Positions 28,522-38,917 of a stretch of DNA of 64,000 bases are shown here, piece after piece (within the stretch, counting starts at the first letter, position 1; the number at the start of each line of letters is the position of its first letter). Where the stretch lies: NCBI GenBank assembly GCA_965242725.1, contig CBDESZ010000031.1:88721-152720 (forward strand), given 5' to 3'. The notes under the pieces are model-generated. The model had not been told where the DNA came from, ran no database searches, and worked only from the letters and a program-made list of their open reading frames with translations. This stretch comes from Alkalispirochaeta sp. (GTDB taxonomy: Bacteria > Spirochaetota > Spirochaetia > DSM-27196 > Alkalispirochaetaceae). The position numbers and the translations under genes are program-made.

Positions 28522-29967
28522 TCACCCGTCCTCGTAAGGGACGGGACGTTTCTCCGAGGTGTAATTTTCATAGACACCGGCTCCGACGCCGGCGATGATC
28601 GCCGCACCGACGGCCGCCTCTTCCTTGTTTACCGGGTGCAGCACGGAAAGCCCGAGCTCATCTTGAAGAATTCTCTTGAGCAGCGGGTTTCTTCTGAGCG
28701 CGTTTCCAACACCGACAATATTTGTGTATTGATTCCGCAGCTCCCGCGGCAACTCCTGAAAAAACCCCTTGAGCTCACCGACAATCCCCCTGAGGAATCC
28801 CTCAACGAGATAGTCAGGGGTGAGGTTTGATTTTCCGATTCCGGAAATCCGGCCGCGGGCGTCGGGATTCTGTCTCGTCCCGAGAAACTGCGTCTCCACG
28901 GTCAGTTTTTGGGCGTCCTGAAGGGAGTCGTAGGGTATTGAATTCATCTTCTGGAAAATATTACCCGGGTCTTTTCCGCCGTAGGTTATGCATATGTTCC
29001 TGAATAACTGCTCCAGAAGCTTGTATGAACTGCCTCCCGCGATGGAAGCGCCGGATATCAGCGTTCCCCCTCCCGGGAACGGGCGGAGTTCGAGCGGCCC
29101 CAGCCACCCCGTATAGCGACCGGTGGAACGGTCGCGCAGCGTGTCAGCCCCATCCCTGGAGTAGACGCTGATCTGTGCAGAGGTACCGATGCCCACGAGG
29201 TATGACGAGTCAAAACTGCGGATCGCGCCGATACAGCTCGCCTGGTTGTCTCCGACGGCGGGAAAGATCGGTATGCCCTCCCGGGTGGTACCGATCGTCT
29301 CCCGGGACGGCGTGACGACGGGCAGGACGTCCTTCGATATTCCCAGACGATCAAGCGCCGCGACGTCGAACGTGCCGGAAGGTAAGTCGAAGCAGCCGAG
29401 GGAGTGGGCGTCCGTTGCGTCCAGACGGGGGATTTTGGAGCCGCTCAGGCGCATTGAAAGGTAGCCGAGAATTGTGGTGAGAAACGCGGCTTCCCCGGGT
29501 ACTTTGTGTTCAAATTCATTGATTCGATGGGTTAAAAACCCGTAGCCGGGAGGAACGTACGAACCGGCGGCACCGCTCGCCCAGCGGGACCAGCTGCCGC
29601 CTGTTCCATCGAGGCCATTGTCGAGCCTTCCCCTCGTGTCCTGCCACGTATAGAGGGGACTCACATGTCGTCCCGTGTCGTCGACGTACACTATTCCGTG
29701 GACCTGTCCGGTGACCGATATCGCCCCGACATCTCCGCCAGGACCTCCCGCGTTCTGTTTCTCCTTCGCGGTACGCACGAGGGTAGAGACGATACCCAGT
29801 GCCGTCCCGACAATACGTTCAGGATCCTGAAGGTCTTCCTCCGTATAGTCCGACGGAATCCGCGCCTGGTGTTCCTCACTCACCAGGGCTTCAAGCTCAG
29901 CAGTTACGCTGTTGAGAAGGACGCCGGAAATTGAAGTCGTTCCCGCATCAATTCCGATAAGCCTCAT
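28522..29967 (-). CDS. FGGY carbohydrate kinase, sedoheptulokinase-like
   Basis: GIDAGTTS, TGQVHG, LYTWQD, GDNQAS, GTSAQIS, ELRPFP, GNALRRN. Confidence 0.8.
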   Translation of the reverse strand: MRLIGIDAGTTSISGVLLNSVTAELEALVSEEHQARIPSDYTEEDLQDPERIVGTALGIVSTLVRTAKEKQNAGGPGGDVGAISVTGQVHGIVYVDDTGRHVSPLYTWQDTRGRLDNGLDGTGGSWSRWASGAAGSYVPPGYGFLTHRINEFEHKVPGEAAFLTTILGYLSMRLSGSKIPRLDATDAHSLGCFDLPSGTFDVAALDRLGISKDVLPVVTPSRETIGTTREGIPIFPAVGDNQASCIGAIRSFDSSYLVGIGTSAQISVYSRDGADTLRDRSTGRYTGWLGPLELRPFPGGGTLISGASIAGGSSYKLLEQLFRNICITYGGKDPGNIFQKMNSIPYDSLQDAQKLTVETQFLGTRQNPDARGRISGIGKSNLTPDYLVEGFLRGIVGELKGFFQELPRELRNQYTNIVGVGNALRRNPLLKRILQDELGLSVLHPVNKEEAAVGAAIIAGVGAGVYENYTSEKRPVPYEDG

Positions 29968-29994
29968 GGTCGACCCCTTGCCAAAAAATTTTCA

Positions 29995-30040
29995 TTGACG
30001 AATAATTAATTCAATGTAACAATACACTGGATTAAGTAAT
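29995..30040. promoter_or_regulatory. Divergent promoter with imperfect palindrome (putative ROK operator)
   Basis: AATAATTAATTCAATGTA-acaa-TACACTGGATTAAGTAAT (14/18 arm match); TTGACG at 29995. Confidence 0.65.
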
Positions 30041-30139
30041 CCCGCAAGGGTGATTTTTCAGGGGAGTCAATGGGACTTCATAAGTCAGGTGGTTAACGGT
30101 TTCGTCGAAACCGTAAATATTTTTTACAAGGAGGGTGAG

Positions 30140-31522
30140 ATGAAAAATATCTCTACCAAAGCTGTCTGGTCACTGATGCTTGTTGTCTTTCTCGTGACGG
30201 GTGCACAGGTATTCGCCGGGGGACAGGGAGAACAGGCGGCAACGTCGGGCGGGCCGGTGACGATCAACATCGCCTTGGCAAACAACCCGCTTTCACAGGC
30301 ACTCTCGAGACTCGCCAACGAGTACTACGAGGAAGAAGGGGTTACGGTCAACATCGCTGTTCTGCCGGAGAACGACCTTCGACAGAGACTGACGACGGAA
30401 GCTTCGACGGGCGGTACGACCTACGACATGTTCTACGTCGGTCCCTATGAAGCCAACAACTGGGCCCGGAACGGCTGGCTTGAAAACCTGGAACCCTATT
30501 TTGACGCCATGTCCGCCGAGGAACGGGAATGGTATGATGCAGATGATCTGATCCAGGGTATGGTGGACTCCCTCTCTCTTGATGGTGAGCGATACGGTCT
30601 GCCCTTCTACGGTGAAGCGTCTTTCATCATGTACAACAAGGAACTCTTCGAGCAAAACGGTCTGACCATGCCGGAACAGCCGACGTGGGAAGAGATCTAT
30701 GATCTCGCGGTACAGATCCACGATCCCGCAAACGGCGTTGTCGGAATGACGATGCGCGGCGCACCCGGATGGGGTATGAGCGGTGCACCATTTGTAACGA
30801 TGGTAAACGCCTTCGGCGGCCGGTTCTACGACATGGACTGGAACGCAACGGTGGACACTCCCGAGCAGCGCGCCGCCTGGCAGATGTACAAGAACATTCT
30901 CCGTGACGCAGGCCAGGAAGACATCCTTTCCTATACCTACAACGAGTGTATCGCTCTCATGCAGTCAGGTGGTGCCGGTATGTACTATGACGCCACTTCC
31001 ATCGCGCCTCCTCTTGAATCCGACGAGTCGGCCATTCAGGGAAAGGTCGGATATGCATTGCCGCCGGTACAAGTAAAAGAAGGGAATACGTCATGGCTGT
31101 GGAACTGGGCGATGGGCATCAACCCCAACTCAACCCAGGCCAAGAAAGAAGCGGTCTTTGACTTCATGCTCTGGGCGACGTCCAAAGAGTACATCAACCT
31201 TTCCATGGAAGTTGATCCCACCGGTGCAAGCACGCCGCCTGCTTCCCGTTCTTCCACGTACGAGCATCCGGTGTACGCCGACGTGCCCTACGCCGACATG
31301 ACCCTGCGGACCCTGGAGTCAATTGACTTCACCGATCCGACTGTTGATCCCGTACCGTATGTCGGTCTGCAGTACATCGCGATTCCCGAATTTGCAAACG
31401 CCGGAACTCAAATGACCGAGTGGCTGGCAGCATACGTGGTTGACGAAATGAGCCTCGACGAAGCGATTCGTCGCACCAATGACCTCTTCAACCAGGTCGC
31501 GGTCGACGGTGGTTACCGATAA
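30140..31522 (+). CDS. Sugar/polyol ABC transporter substrate-binding protein (SmoE/MtlE-like)
   Basis: Signal peptide ending FAGGQGE; LPENDLRQR, PFYGEAS, MRGAPGWG, WLWNW, PVPYVGLQYIAIPEF. Confidence 0.9.
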   Translation: MKNISTKAVWSLMLVVFLVTGAQVFAGGQGEQAATSGGPVTINIALANNPLSQALSRLANEYYEEEGVTVNIAVLPENDLRQRLTTEASTGGTTYDMFYVGPYEANNWARNGWLENLEPYFDAMSAEEREWYDADDLIQGMVDSLSLDGERYGLPFYGEASFIMYNKELFEQNGLTMPEQPTWEEIYDLAVQIHDPANGVVGMTMRGAPGWGMSGAPFVTMVNAFGGRFYDMDWNATVDTPEQRAAWQMYKNILRDAGQEDILSYTYNECIALMQSGGAGMYYDATSIAPPLESDESAIQGKVGYALPPVQVKEGNTSWLWNWAMGINPNSTQAKKEAVFDFMLWATSKEYINLSMEVDPTGASTPPASRSSTYEHPVYADVPYADMTLRTLESIDFTDPTVDPVPYVGLQYIAIPEFANAGTQMTEWLAAYVVDEMSLDEAIRRTNDLFNQVAVDGGYR

Positions 31523-31548
31523 TCCCGGATGCCGTGGTATCATATACA

Positions 31549-31573
31549 CTCCCCGATCCTCTGGATCGGGGAG
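31549..31573 (+). terminator. Intergenic stem-loop after the binding-protein gene
   Basis: CTCCCCGATCC-tct-GGATCGGGGAG perfect stem. Confidence 0.65.
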
Positions 31574-31602
31574 GCTCATCTTTTCAAGGGGGTGGCTGAA
31601 TC

Positions 31603-32493
31603 ATGATAAAAAAGAAACATGATGGGGCTTTTATCATTCCGGCAATTGTAATCGTCGCCGTGATGACGCAGGTGCCGTTTCTCCTCACCATTATCTATTC
31701 CACGTTGCGATGGAACCTTGCGCGTCCCGACCTCCCGATACAGTTTACCGGCCTTGACAACTACATCCACTTTTTTGAAGCGCCCTATTTCCCTGAACTC
31801 CCGGTACTGTACCATGTTGTATGGCAGACAATTGTGATGACCGGCGGCGCACTTGTCCTCTGTACCGTTATCGGTTTCCTTCTTGCCATTCTGCTGGATA
31901 ACGAAATTCCCGGTATCAACCTGGCCCGGACCCTCATACTCGGCCCATTTTTCGTCATGTCAACGGCGAGCGGGGTTATATGGAAGACGACGATCTTCAA
32001 TACGACCTTCGGCTGGTACGGGGTAGTGGCGCGGGCATTCGGCGTCCAGCCGGTTGATCTGCTGAGCAATTTCCCGATGGCCGTCATTATCCTGCTCTTT
32101 ACCTGGCGATGGATGCCCTTTTTCGTGCTCATCATGCTGGCGGGGTTGCAGAGTATCTCCGAGGATCTCATAGACGCGACAAAGATCGACGGTACCAACT
32201 GGTTTCAGGCAACCTTTTTTGTGAAGCTGCCGGTTATCAGTAAGCATGTGACCGTCGCGGTCATGCTTGGTCTCATTTTCATCGTGAAGGAGTTTGGTCT
32301 GATCCTTGTCACAACGGCGGGCGGACCGGGTACGAGTTCCTATAACCTTCCCTTTGCGGTATACATGCAGGTCTTCAACGCCTCCAACGTCGGACGCGCC
32401 GGGGCGCTTGCAACGTTGACGGTAATTCTGAGCCTCTTTGCGGTGAGCATGGTATATCGGCTGCTCAAGAAGCAGAGCGCCATTTATGACTAA
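31603..32493 (+). CDS. Sugar ABC transporter permease
   Basis: Multiple TM segments; LAGLQSI...DATKIDG (EAA loop); TAGGPG. Confidence 0.93.
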   Translation: MIKKKHDGAFIIPAIVIVAVMTQVPFLLTIIYSTLRWNLARPDLPIQFTGLDNYIHFFEAPYFPELPVLYHVVWQTIVMTGGALVLCTVIGFLLAILLDNEIPGINLARTLILGPFFVMSTASGVIWKTTIFNTTFGWYGVVARAFGVQPVDLLSNFPMAVIILLFTWRWMPFFVLIMLAGLQSISEDLIDATKIDGTNWFQATFFVKLPVISKHVTVAVMLGLIFIVKEFGLILVTTAGGPGTSSYNLPFAVYMQVFNASNVGRAGALATLTVILSLFAVSMVYRLLKKQSAIYD

Positions 32494-32508
32494 TTCGAGG
32501 AGAGCGTT

Positions 32509-33378
32509 ATGAGTAACGAAACCGTTGCGATGAAGCAACACCGTATAACCATGTTCAAGAGGCTGTCCAGAAAAAGCATTCTCACCATCATCATATTCGG
32601 CGTGGCGATTCTCTATTTTTTTCCAGTGCTCTACATGTTTCTGACGGCATTCAAGACTGAGGCGCAGGCTGCCACTCCGGCGCTTACATTTGATCCTACC
32701 CTGCAGACGATCAGAAAGGTACTGGGCGACCGGAATATGCTTGGATTCCTGAGGAACTCCCTCTTTCAGGTCGTGGCAGGTACCTTTTTCTGCCTCCTCC
32801 TGGGCATACCTGCGGCGTTTGCCCTCGTATTCGGGCAGTTCAAGAAAAAGACGACAAATGAAAAGCTCTATGTATGGTTTATAACCACCATTCTCCTGCC
32901 TCCCGTGGCGGTCATCATACCCCTCTACACGTGGTTTCAGCAGTTTAATCTCATCGGAAGTCCCCTGGGTCTTCTGCTTGCATACATCGGATTTCATGTG
33001 CCCATTGTGGTATGGATGCTTCACTCCTTCTTTGCGGACGTTCCGAAATCGGTGATCGAAGCGTCCGAAATAGACGGCTGCAATCGCTTCCAGCAGCTGA
33101 TACTTATTGCGATACCTCTTGTACGGGTCGGTATATTCTCCGCAGGACTTCTTGTGGCCGTCTTCATATGGAACGAGTTTTTTCTCGCCTTTAACCTGAC
33201 GGGAAATACCACGGCCACCCTGCCGGTATATATGGCGCGATTCAGGGAACAGCAGGGTATGTTCACCGCCCAGCTGTCCGCCGCCTCGACGGTGGCGATA
33301 TTACCGCCGGTGATATTCGGGTGGCTTACCCAGAAATCCCTCGTAAAGGGCCTGACCCTCGGATCGGTGAAAGGATAG
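32509..33378 (+). CDS. Sugar ABC transporter permease
   Basis: EASEIDG loop, WNEFF, LVKGLTLGSVKG end. Confidence 0.93.
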   Translation: MSNETVAMKQHRITMFKRLSRKSILTIIIFGVAILYFFPVLYMFLTAFKTEAQAATPALTFDPTLQTIRKVLGDRNMLGFLRNSLFQVVAGTFFCLLLGIPAAFALVFGQFKKKTTNEKLYVWFITTILLPPVAVIIPLYTWFQQFNLIGSPLGLLLAYIGFHVPIVVWMLHSFFADVPKSVIEASEIDGCNRFQQLILIAIPLVRVGIFSAGLLVAVFIWNEFFLAFNLTGNTTATLPVYMARFREQQGMFTAQLSAASTVAILPPVIFGWLTQKSLVKGLTLGSVKG

Positions 33379-33511
33379 GGAATAGACGATATACTGCCCG
33401 TTACGAAAACAGCTTTTGTTGTGCTGCAGTCGTTTCGGTTGCTGCGTTGCGGCAACCGGAATCACGAAGATATCCGGCTGACGCCGCCTATTTTCGTAGT
33501 AGGGAGGAATA

Positions 33512-34705
33512 GTGTATCTGGTTGAAGGTTTGAATCAAAAACGGGCGCAGGTTCTGAACCGCTCGTTGGTGCTCAACATTCTGCGTCAGGCCGGGGTCTG
33601 TTCCCGGGCGGATCTCGCCCGGCGGGCAAATCTGCGGCAGGCGACGATCACAAATATCACCAAGGAGCTCATCGCCCTGGGGTATATCAGGGAAACGGGG
33701 TATCTGCCGGGAAACAGCGGGCGTCGCTCCGTCGGCCTCGCCGTAGACGAGACGCGGCACCGCATCATTGCCGCACGTCTCACCCGACAGCACTTCACGG
33801 TCGGTCTCTTTACCGTCCTCGGTACGGAGCTGAGTGAAGAACGGGAAAAGATCAGCGTAAACGACGGTATAGAAAACGCCCTTGACCGCATGGCCGAGGT
33901 TGTCAATCGCATGGTCAATAGTATCGGCCGGGAGCAGATACTGGGCCTCGGTCTCGGTGTGCCGGGACCGTTTATCCGCAATGAGTCACGGATAGCCCTT
34001 GTTACGGGCTTTCCGGGGTGGTCCCACATCTCCCTTCGCGATGAAATCGAGCAGCGTATCGACCTGCCCCTGATTCTGGAGCACGATGCAAATGCCGGCG
34101 CCGTGGCGGAATGGTGGATCGGCGCGGGAAGTACCGGTGAATACAATTCGATGGTCTATTTTGTCGTCGGTCAGGGCGTAGGGGCAGGTATCATTCACAA
34201 CGGAAGGCTCTTTCGGGGCGCCCTCGGCACGGCGGGGGAGGTTGGCCATCACACGATCCGGTATGACGGTCCCCAGTGCGAGTGCGGCAACAGGGGCTGT
34301 CTGGAACTTTACTGTTCCAGCAGGGCGATGACGGGCAACTACCGCACCGAGCTGGAACGACGGGACGGCGTACCGTTGAATCGTGAAGTGACCTTTGACG
34401 ATCTCGTATCAGCCTACAACGACAACGAACCGACCGCCCGGGGGGTGGTGGACGCGGCGGCGGGCTTCATGGCCGTCGGTCTTGCAAACATCGTAAACGT
34501 ACTGAATCCGAATATGATCGTCATCGGCGACGAAATCCCCGCCTTTGGTGACGATCTGGTCAATTCGGTGAGGGAAAAACTCGAGCCGCTGCTGGTTCGG
34601 GACATGTACGACGGTGTCGACATTCGCAGATCGTCCTTTGGGGACGACGCGACGATTCGCGGTATGGCAATGATCGTGGCAGAGGAAACGCTGTCGCTTG
34701 AGTAA
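33512..34705 (+). CDS. ROK-family transcriptional regulator
   Basis: SRADLARRANL HTH, GEVGHH, CECGNRGCLE. Confidence 0.93.
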   Translation: MYLVEGLNQKRAQVLNRSLVLNILRQAGVCSRADLARRANLRQATITNITKELIALGYIRETGYLPGNSGRRSVGLAVDETRHRIIAARLTRQHFTVGLFTVLGTELSEEREKISVNDGIENALDRMAEVVNRMVNSIGREQILGLGLGVPGPFIRNESRIALVTGFPGWSHISLRDEIEQRIDLPLILEHDANAGAVAEWWIGAGSTGEYNSMVYFVVGQGVGAGIIHNGRLFRGALGTAGEVGHHTIRYDGPQCECGNRGCLELYCSSRAMTGNYRTELERRDGVPLNREVTFDDLVSAYNDNEPTARGVVDAAAGFMAVGLANIVNVLNPNMIVIGDEIPAFGDDLVNSVREKLEPLLVRDMYDGVDIRRSSFGDDATIRGMAMIVAEETLSLE

Positions 34706-34745
34706 CGGACACATACCGAAACATCGAGGAAAGGAAGGAACAGCA

Positions 34746-35534
34746 ATGAAATTCGAGGGAAAAAATATTCTCGTCACCGGAGCGGCGGGAGACATCGGTT
34801 TTGCCGTGGCGGAGCGCTTTGCCGCGGAAGGCGCGCAGGTGCTGCTCACGGATCTGCAGGAAGAAAAGCTGCAGAGCCGTAAAGAGCAGATCCGGGAAGC
34901 CGGCGGTTCGGCAAAAACATATATCGCCGATGTCACCGATATGGATTCCCTAACCGCGATGGTTCGGGACATCGAAGACGCCCGATTGCGTATCGACTTT
35001 CTCTTTAACAATGCAGGGTATCAGGGCGCCTTTCAAAAGACATTCGAGTATCCCCCCGAGGATTTCAAGAAAGTTATAGAAATCAATCTGATCGGGGCTT
35101 TCAACGTGCTGCGGATCGTCTCGGAACACATGGTCCGGCACGGCGGTGGATGCATCGTCAATACGGCGAGTATGGCCGGGGTGGAAGGGCCGCCCAACAT
35201 GATCGCCTACGGGGCGAGCAAGTTCGGCGTCGTTGGCATAACCGAGAGCGCCTCCAAAGACCTTGCTCCCTACAACATTCGCGTCAACGCGATCTCTCCC
35301 GCCTTTATGGGACCGGGCTTTATGTGGGAACGGCAAGTGGAGCTGCAGGCGAAGGCCGGCTCGCAGTACTTTGATTCAAACCCGGACGTGGTCAAGAAAC
35401 AGATGATCGGCTCGGTGCCGATGCGGCGCTACGGCGACCTGCGGGAAATACCAGGCACGGTGGTGTATCTCATGAGCGACGATGCGAGCTACGTGACGGG
35501 CGTCAACATTCCCATCGCCGGCGGTATCCTCTAG
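34746..35534 (+). CDS. SDR oxidoreductase (polyol dehydrogenase-like)
   Basis: TGAAGDIG, NNAGYQG, YGASK, VNAISP. Confidence 0.9.
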   Translation: MKFEGKNILVTGAAGDIGFAVAERFAAEGAQVLLTDLQEEKLQSRKEQIREAGGSAKTYIADVTDMDSLTAMVRDIEDARLRIDFLFNNAGYQGAFQKTFEYPPEDFKKVIEINLIGAFNVLRIVSEHMVRHGGGCIVNTASMAGVEGPPNMIAYGASKFGVVGITESASKDLAPYNIRVNAISPAFMGPGFMWERQVELQAKAGSQYFDSNPDVVKKQMIGSVPMRRYGDLREIPGTVVYLMSDDASYVTGVNIPIAGGIL

Positions 35535-35541
35535 AGGGCGT

Positions 35542-36600
35542 ATGGCACATATTGCGATTGTCGGAGCGGGGCTGATGGGAAGCGCCGTGGCGTGGCCGCT
35601 GTCCGATAACGGGCATACCGTCTCCCTGGTGGGTACGCACCTTGATGGAGATATCATCGATCAGGCCAGGAAGTCCGGTTTCCATCGGACCTTGCGGCGG
35701 CAGCTGCCGCCGAGGGTGACGCCGTATGGGATTGAGGAGATTGAAAAGGCTGTCGAAACGGCGGACCTCGTCGTCTCGGGGGTGAACTCCTGGGGAGTTG
35801 AGTGGATCGGAGAAACCCTCTCCCGTGTCCTGAAACGGGGCCGTGACGTCATCGCCGTGACAAAGGGACTCAAGACAACCGACGACGGATCGGTGCAGAT
35901 CTTTCCCGACGTGATTGCCGCGTATCTGCCGGAGGCGGTGCGGGAGTCGAGCCATTTCATGGCCATCGGCGGACCGTGCATCGCCGGGGAACTTGCCGGC
36001 AGAAGACCGACCTGTGTCCTGTTCGGGGCGAGGGATGGAGCGGCGGCTCGCCGGACGGCGGAGCTCTTCCGGACCGACTATTATCACATCTGGCCGACGG
36101 CGGACCTGTGGAGTCTCGAGCTGGCGGTGGCTCTGAAGAATGCCTACGTCCTCGGCGTGGGAATCGCAAACGGCATGCTCGAGGCGGCGGGCGGTGAAGA
36201 CGGAGCGGGGGCGCGCATGTACAACTCCGCGGCGGCGACCTTCGCCCAGGGGTTGTACGAAATGGAGCAAATCCTCACCGCTCTGGGCGGGAACGGAGCG
36301 TACGCCCACAGCCTGCCCGGGGCGGGAGACCAGTACGTGACCGCCATGGGAGGCCGGACGGTGCGTCTGGGGACGCTCATCGGACGGGGCTACCGCTATA
36401 CTGAAGCGCGGGCCGAGATGGCGGGCGAAACGCTTGAAAGCACGTCGATCATTGAGGCGATGGGGCGCCTCTATCCCCGCCTTCGGGACAATCGGGACAT
36501 ACGGGACGGTTCACTTCCACTTCTTGAAACGCTCATCGCGGCGATTGTAGGGAACGAGCAGGTGAAACTTCCTTTCGATCGATATTTTTCTTCACTGTGA
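35542..36600 (+). CDS. NAD(P)H-dependent glycerol-3-phosphate dehydrogenase family paralogue
   Basis: GAGLMG, AVTKGL, GGPCIAGEL, ALKNAY, GAGDQYVT. Confidence 0.85.
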   Translation: MAHIAIVGAGLMGSAVAWPLSDNGHTVSLVGTHLDGDIIDQARKSGFHRTLRRQLPPRVTPYGIEEIEKAVETADLVVSGVNSWGVEWIGETLSRVLKRGRDVIAVTKGLKTTDDGSVQIFPDVIAAYLPEAVRESSHFMAIGGPCIAGELAGRRPTCVLFGARDGAAARRTAELFRTDYYHIWPTADLWSLELAVALKNAYVLGVGIANGMLEAAGGEDGAGARMYNSAAATFAQGLYEMEQILTALGGNGAYAHSLPGAGDQYVTAMGGRTVRLGTLIGRGYRYTEARAEMAGETLESTSIIEAMGRLYPRLRDNRDIRDGSLPLLETLIAAIVGNEQVKLPFDRYFSSL

Positions 36601-36672
36601 TGTGACGAACGGGGTGATTCCGGACAGGCACCGTATGGAAGAGGGACGGTGCCATACCATAAGGAGGAAACG

Positions 36673-37518
36673 ATGCAATTTGGTGCTCACGCCTTTGTGT
36701 GGGAAGGTGAATGGAACCGTGAGGCGGCAAAACGGGTCATAGAAGGAGCCGCCGGCGCCGGCCTTGATTTTGTCGAGATACCGCTCCTCCGGCTCGATAC
36801 CTACGATCCGGCCGAGACAAAGCGTATGCTCGAGGCAAACGGCCTGTACGCAACATTCTCCCTCGGTCTCCCCGCAACGGCGAGCCTTCCTGAAAACCCC
36901 GTCGGAGCGGAACGGTTTCTCACGGAGGTTCTCCGGAAAGTCGCCGAAACCGGCTCACAGACGCTGACGGGAGTCATTTATGGAACCCTTGGTGAACTTC
37001 CAGGCCGACGTCCAACTGAAGGGGACTACGAGACGATCGCAGGGGTCCTCGGAAAGATTGCGGGAGAGGCGCGCTCCCGGGGAATCCGTATCGGAATAGA
37101 ACCTGTAAACCGGTACGAGACGTTCCTCGTCAACACCGCCGCCCAGGCGATCGATCTCATTGAGCGGATCGGTGCGGAGAACGTCTTTGTTCACCTCGAT
37201 ACCTACCACCTCAACATCGAGGAGACCTCATTTGGTGACGCAATCCGGACCGCCGGATCGAGAATGGAGTACATCCACCTCTCCGAGAGTCATCGCGGGA
37301 CTCCCGGCACCGGTACCGTCAATTGGGACGACGTCTTTCAGGGGCTGAAGGACATAGAGTTCCCCGGTGCGCTCACCATGGAATCTTTTGTAAAACTGAA
37401 TCCCGACATCGCCCGGGCGACGTGCATGTGGCGGGATATCGTCAGGGATCCGAAGAAGCTCGTTCAGGACGGCGTGGCCTTCCTGCGCGGTAAAGCGGAG
37501 GAGTACGGTCTTCAATAA
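36673..37518 (+). CDS. D-psicose/D-tagatose 3-epimerase family protein
   Basis: IEPVNRYET, HLDTYHLNIEE, HLSESHRG, MESF. Confidence 0.9.
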   Translation: MQFGAHAFVWEGEWNREAAKRVIEGAAGAGLDFVEIPLLRLDTYDPAETKRMLEANGLYATFSLGLPATASLPENPVGAERFLTEVLRKVAETGSQTLTGVIYGTLGELPGRRPTEGDYETIAGVLGKIAGEARSRGIRIGIEPVNRYETFLVNTAAQAIDLIERIGAENVFVHLDTYHLNIEETSFGDAIRTAGSRMEYIHLSESHRGTPGTGTVNWDDVFQGLKDIEFPGALTMESFVKLNPDIARATCMWRDIVRDPKKLVQDGVAFLRGKAEEYGLQ

Positions 37519-37889
37519 CGGGTCGGGTCGGAAATGTCGTCTATCCCCTTCGGACGGCCGAGAATCTCCTTCATGACGATCGCCCGCTGCAACGGCGGAT
37601 AGCGATCGAACCGTTTCAGCGAGGCCGCTTCGGTGGTACCGGAAGAGACGGATGCCTCGACAAGCGGTCTGTATTCCCCACCGGCGGGGAAATTGGAACT
37701 GATCTGCGAAAAGCGGTCCGCCCCGTGCCCAACCCGCCGACCACGTAGAACGTCGCTACGACGGTCCGACTCCTGCGTATATTGCATCCGCGCCGCCCGT
37801 CGGCGCCTGCGGGAGCGCATGACCAGGAGATAGAGCGGAAGGGATGCGAGAAAGAGCGCCCCGATCAGCTCGAGGAGGGAATCGATCAT
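37512..37889 (-). CDS. Hypothetical membrane-anchored protein (YqfB-like position)
   Basis: N-terminal TM segment; C-terminal [16 protein letters not shown] motif typical of genes downstream of floA. Confidence 0.7.
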   Translation of the reverse strand: MIDSLLELIGALFLASLPLYLLVMRSRRRRRAARMQYTQESDRRSDVLRGRRVGHGADRFSQISSNFPAGGEYRPLVEASVSSGTTEAASLKRFDRYPPLQRAIVMKEILGRPKGIDDISDPTRY

Positions 37890-38917
37890 TGACCGGATTC
37901 TCCTCCGGAGGGCGATCCATCCTCGCCGCCGATGGCGTTGCGCATCTGGGTATCCGCCTGGACGTTCCGCAGGCGATAGTAGTCCATAATTCCAAGATGA
38001 CCTTCCCGGAACGCCTCGGCGATGGCGGTAGGAATTTCGGCCTCCGCGAGGACAACTTTGGCGCGGTTCTCCTGAACCTGGGCGCGCATCTCCTGTTCCT
38101 TTGCCTCCGCAGCGGCGCGTCGCTTCTCCGCTTCCGCCTGAAAACGTCGCTTGTCCGCCTCCGCCTGGTCCGCCTGCAGCTTGGCACCGACGTTCTGGGC
38201 GACATCGATATCGGCTATATCAATGGACAGAATCTCAAAGGCCGTCCCCGCGTCGAGCCCTTTTTCCAGGACACGTCGGGAAATGAGATCAGGGTTCTCC
38301 AGGACTGCTTTGTACGTCTCGGAAGAGCCGATGGTGGTGACGATGCCCTCGCCGACACGGGCGATGATCGTTTCCTCGGTGGCGCCGCCGACGAGGCGTT
38401 CGATATTTGCCCGGACGGTGACACGGGCCTTCACCCGTAGCTGAATGCCGTCTTTGGCCACCGCCTCGATCGCCTCCTTCCCCTTGGAAGGATCGGGACA
38501 GTCGATAACCTTTGGATTGACGCTTGTTTTCACCGCGTCGAGTACGTCGCGCCCCGCCAGGTCGATTGCCGCGGACCGCTGAAAGTTCAACGGAATATTC
38601 GCCTTGCTCGCCGCCACGAGGGCCTGGCTTACTCGGGGGACATCGCCCCGTGCGAGATAGTGTGTCTCCAGAAGATCGGGGTCCATGGGAATCCCCGCCT
38701 TCACCAGGACAATACGACTGTCGACGATCACCGACGGATTCACCTTACGGAGCCACATGCCGATGATGCGTGTGATCGGTACCGGCGCACCCGACAGGAG
38801 CGCCCTGAACCACAGTCCGAAAAAGCGTACAAAGACGAAAATGACGCCCACCGCCAGCAGCCCGAGCACGACATAGAGAATAATCATCTCAAATCCCAGA
38901 TTAAGACCCATCTTCAT
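37886..38917 (-). CDS. floA: Flotillin-like protein FloA (YqfA)
   Basis: [56 protein letters not shown]. Confidence 0.93.
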   Translation of the reverse strand: MKMGLNLGFEMIILYVVLGLLAVGVIFVFVRFFGLWFRALLSGAPVPITRIIGMWLRKVNPSVIVDSRIVLVKAGIPMDPDLLETHYLARGDVPRVSQALVAASKANIPLNFQRSAAIDLAGRDVLDAVKTSVNPKVIDCPDPSKGKEAIEAVAKDGIQLRVKARVTVRANIERLVGGATEETIIARVGEGIVTTIGSSETYKAVLENPDLISRRVLEKGLDAGTAFEILSIDIADIDVAQNVGAKLQADQAEADKRRFQAEAEKRRAAAEAKEQEMRAQVQENRAKVVLAEAEIPTAIAEAFREGHLGIMDYYRLRNVQADTQMRNAIGGEDGSPSGGESGQ

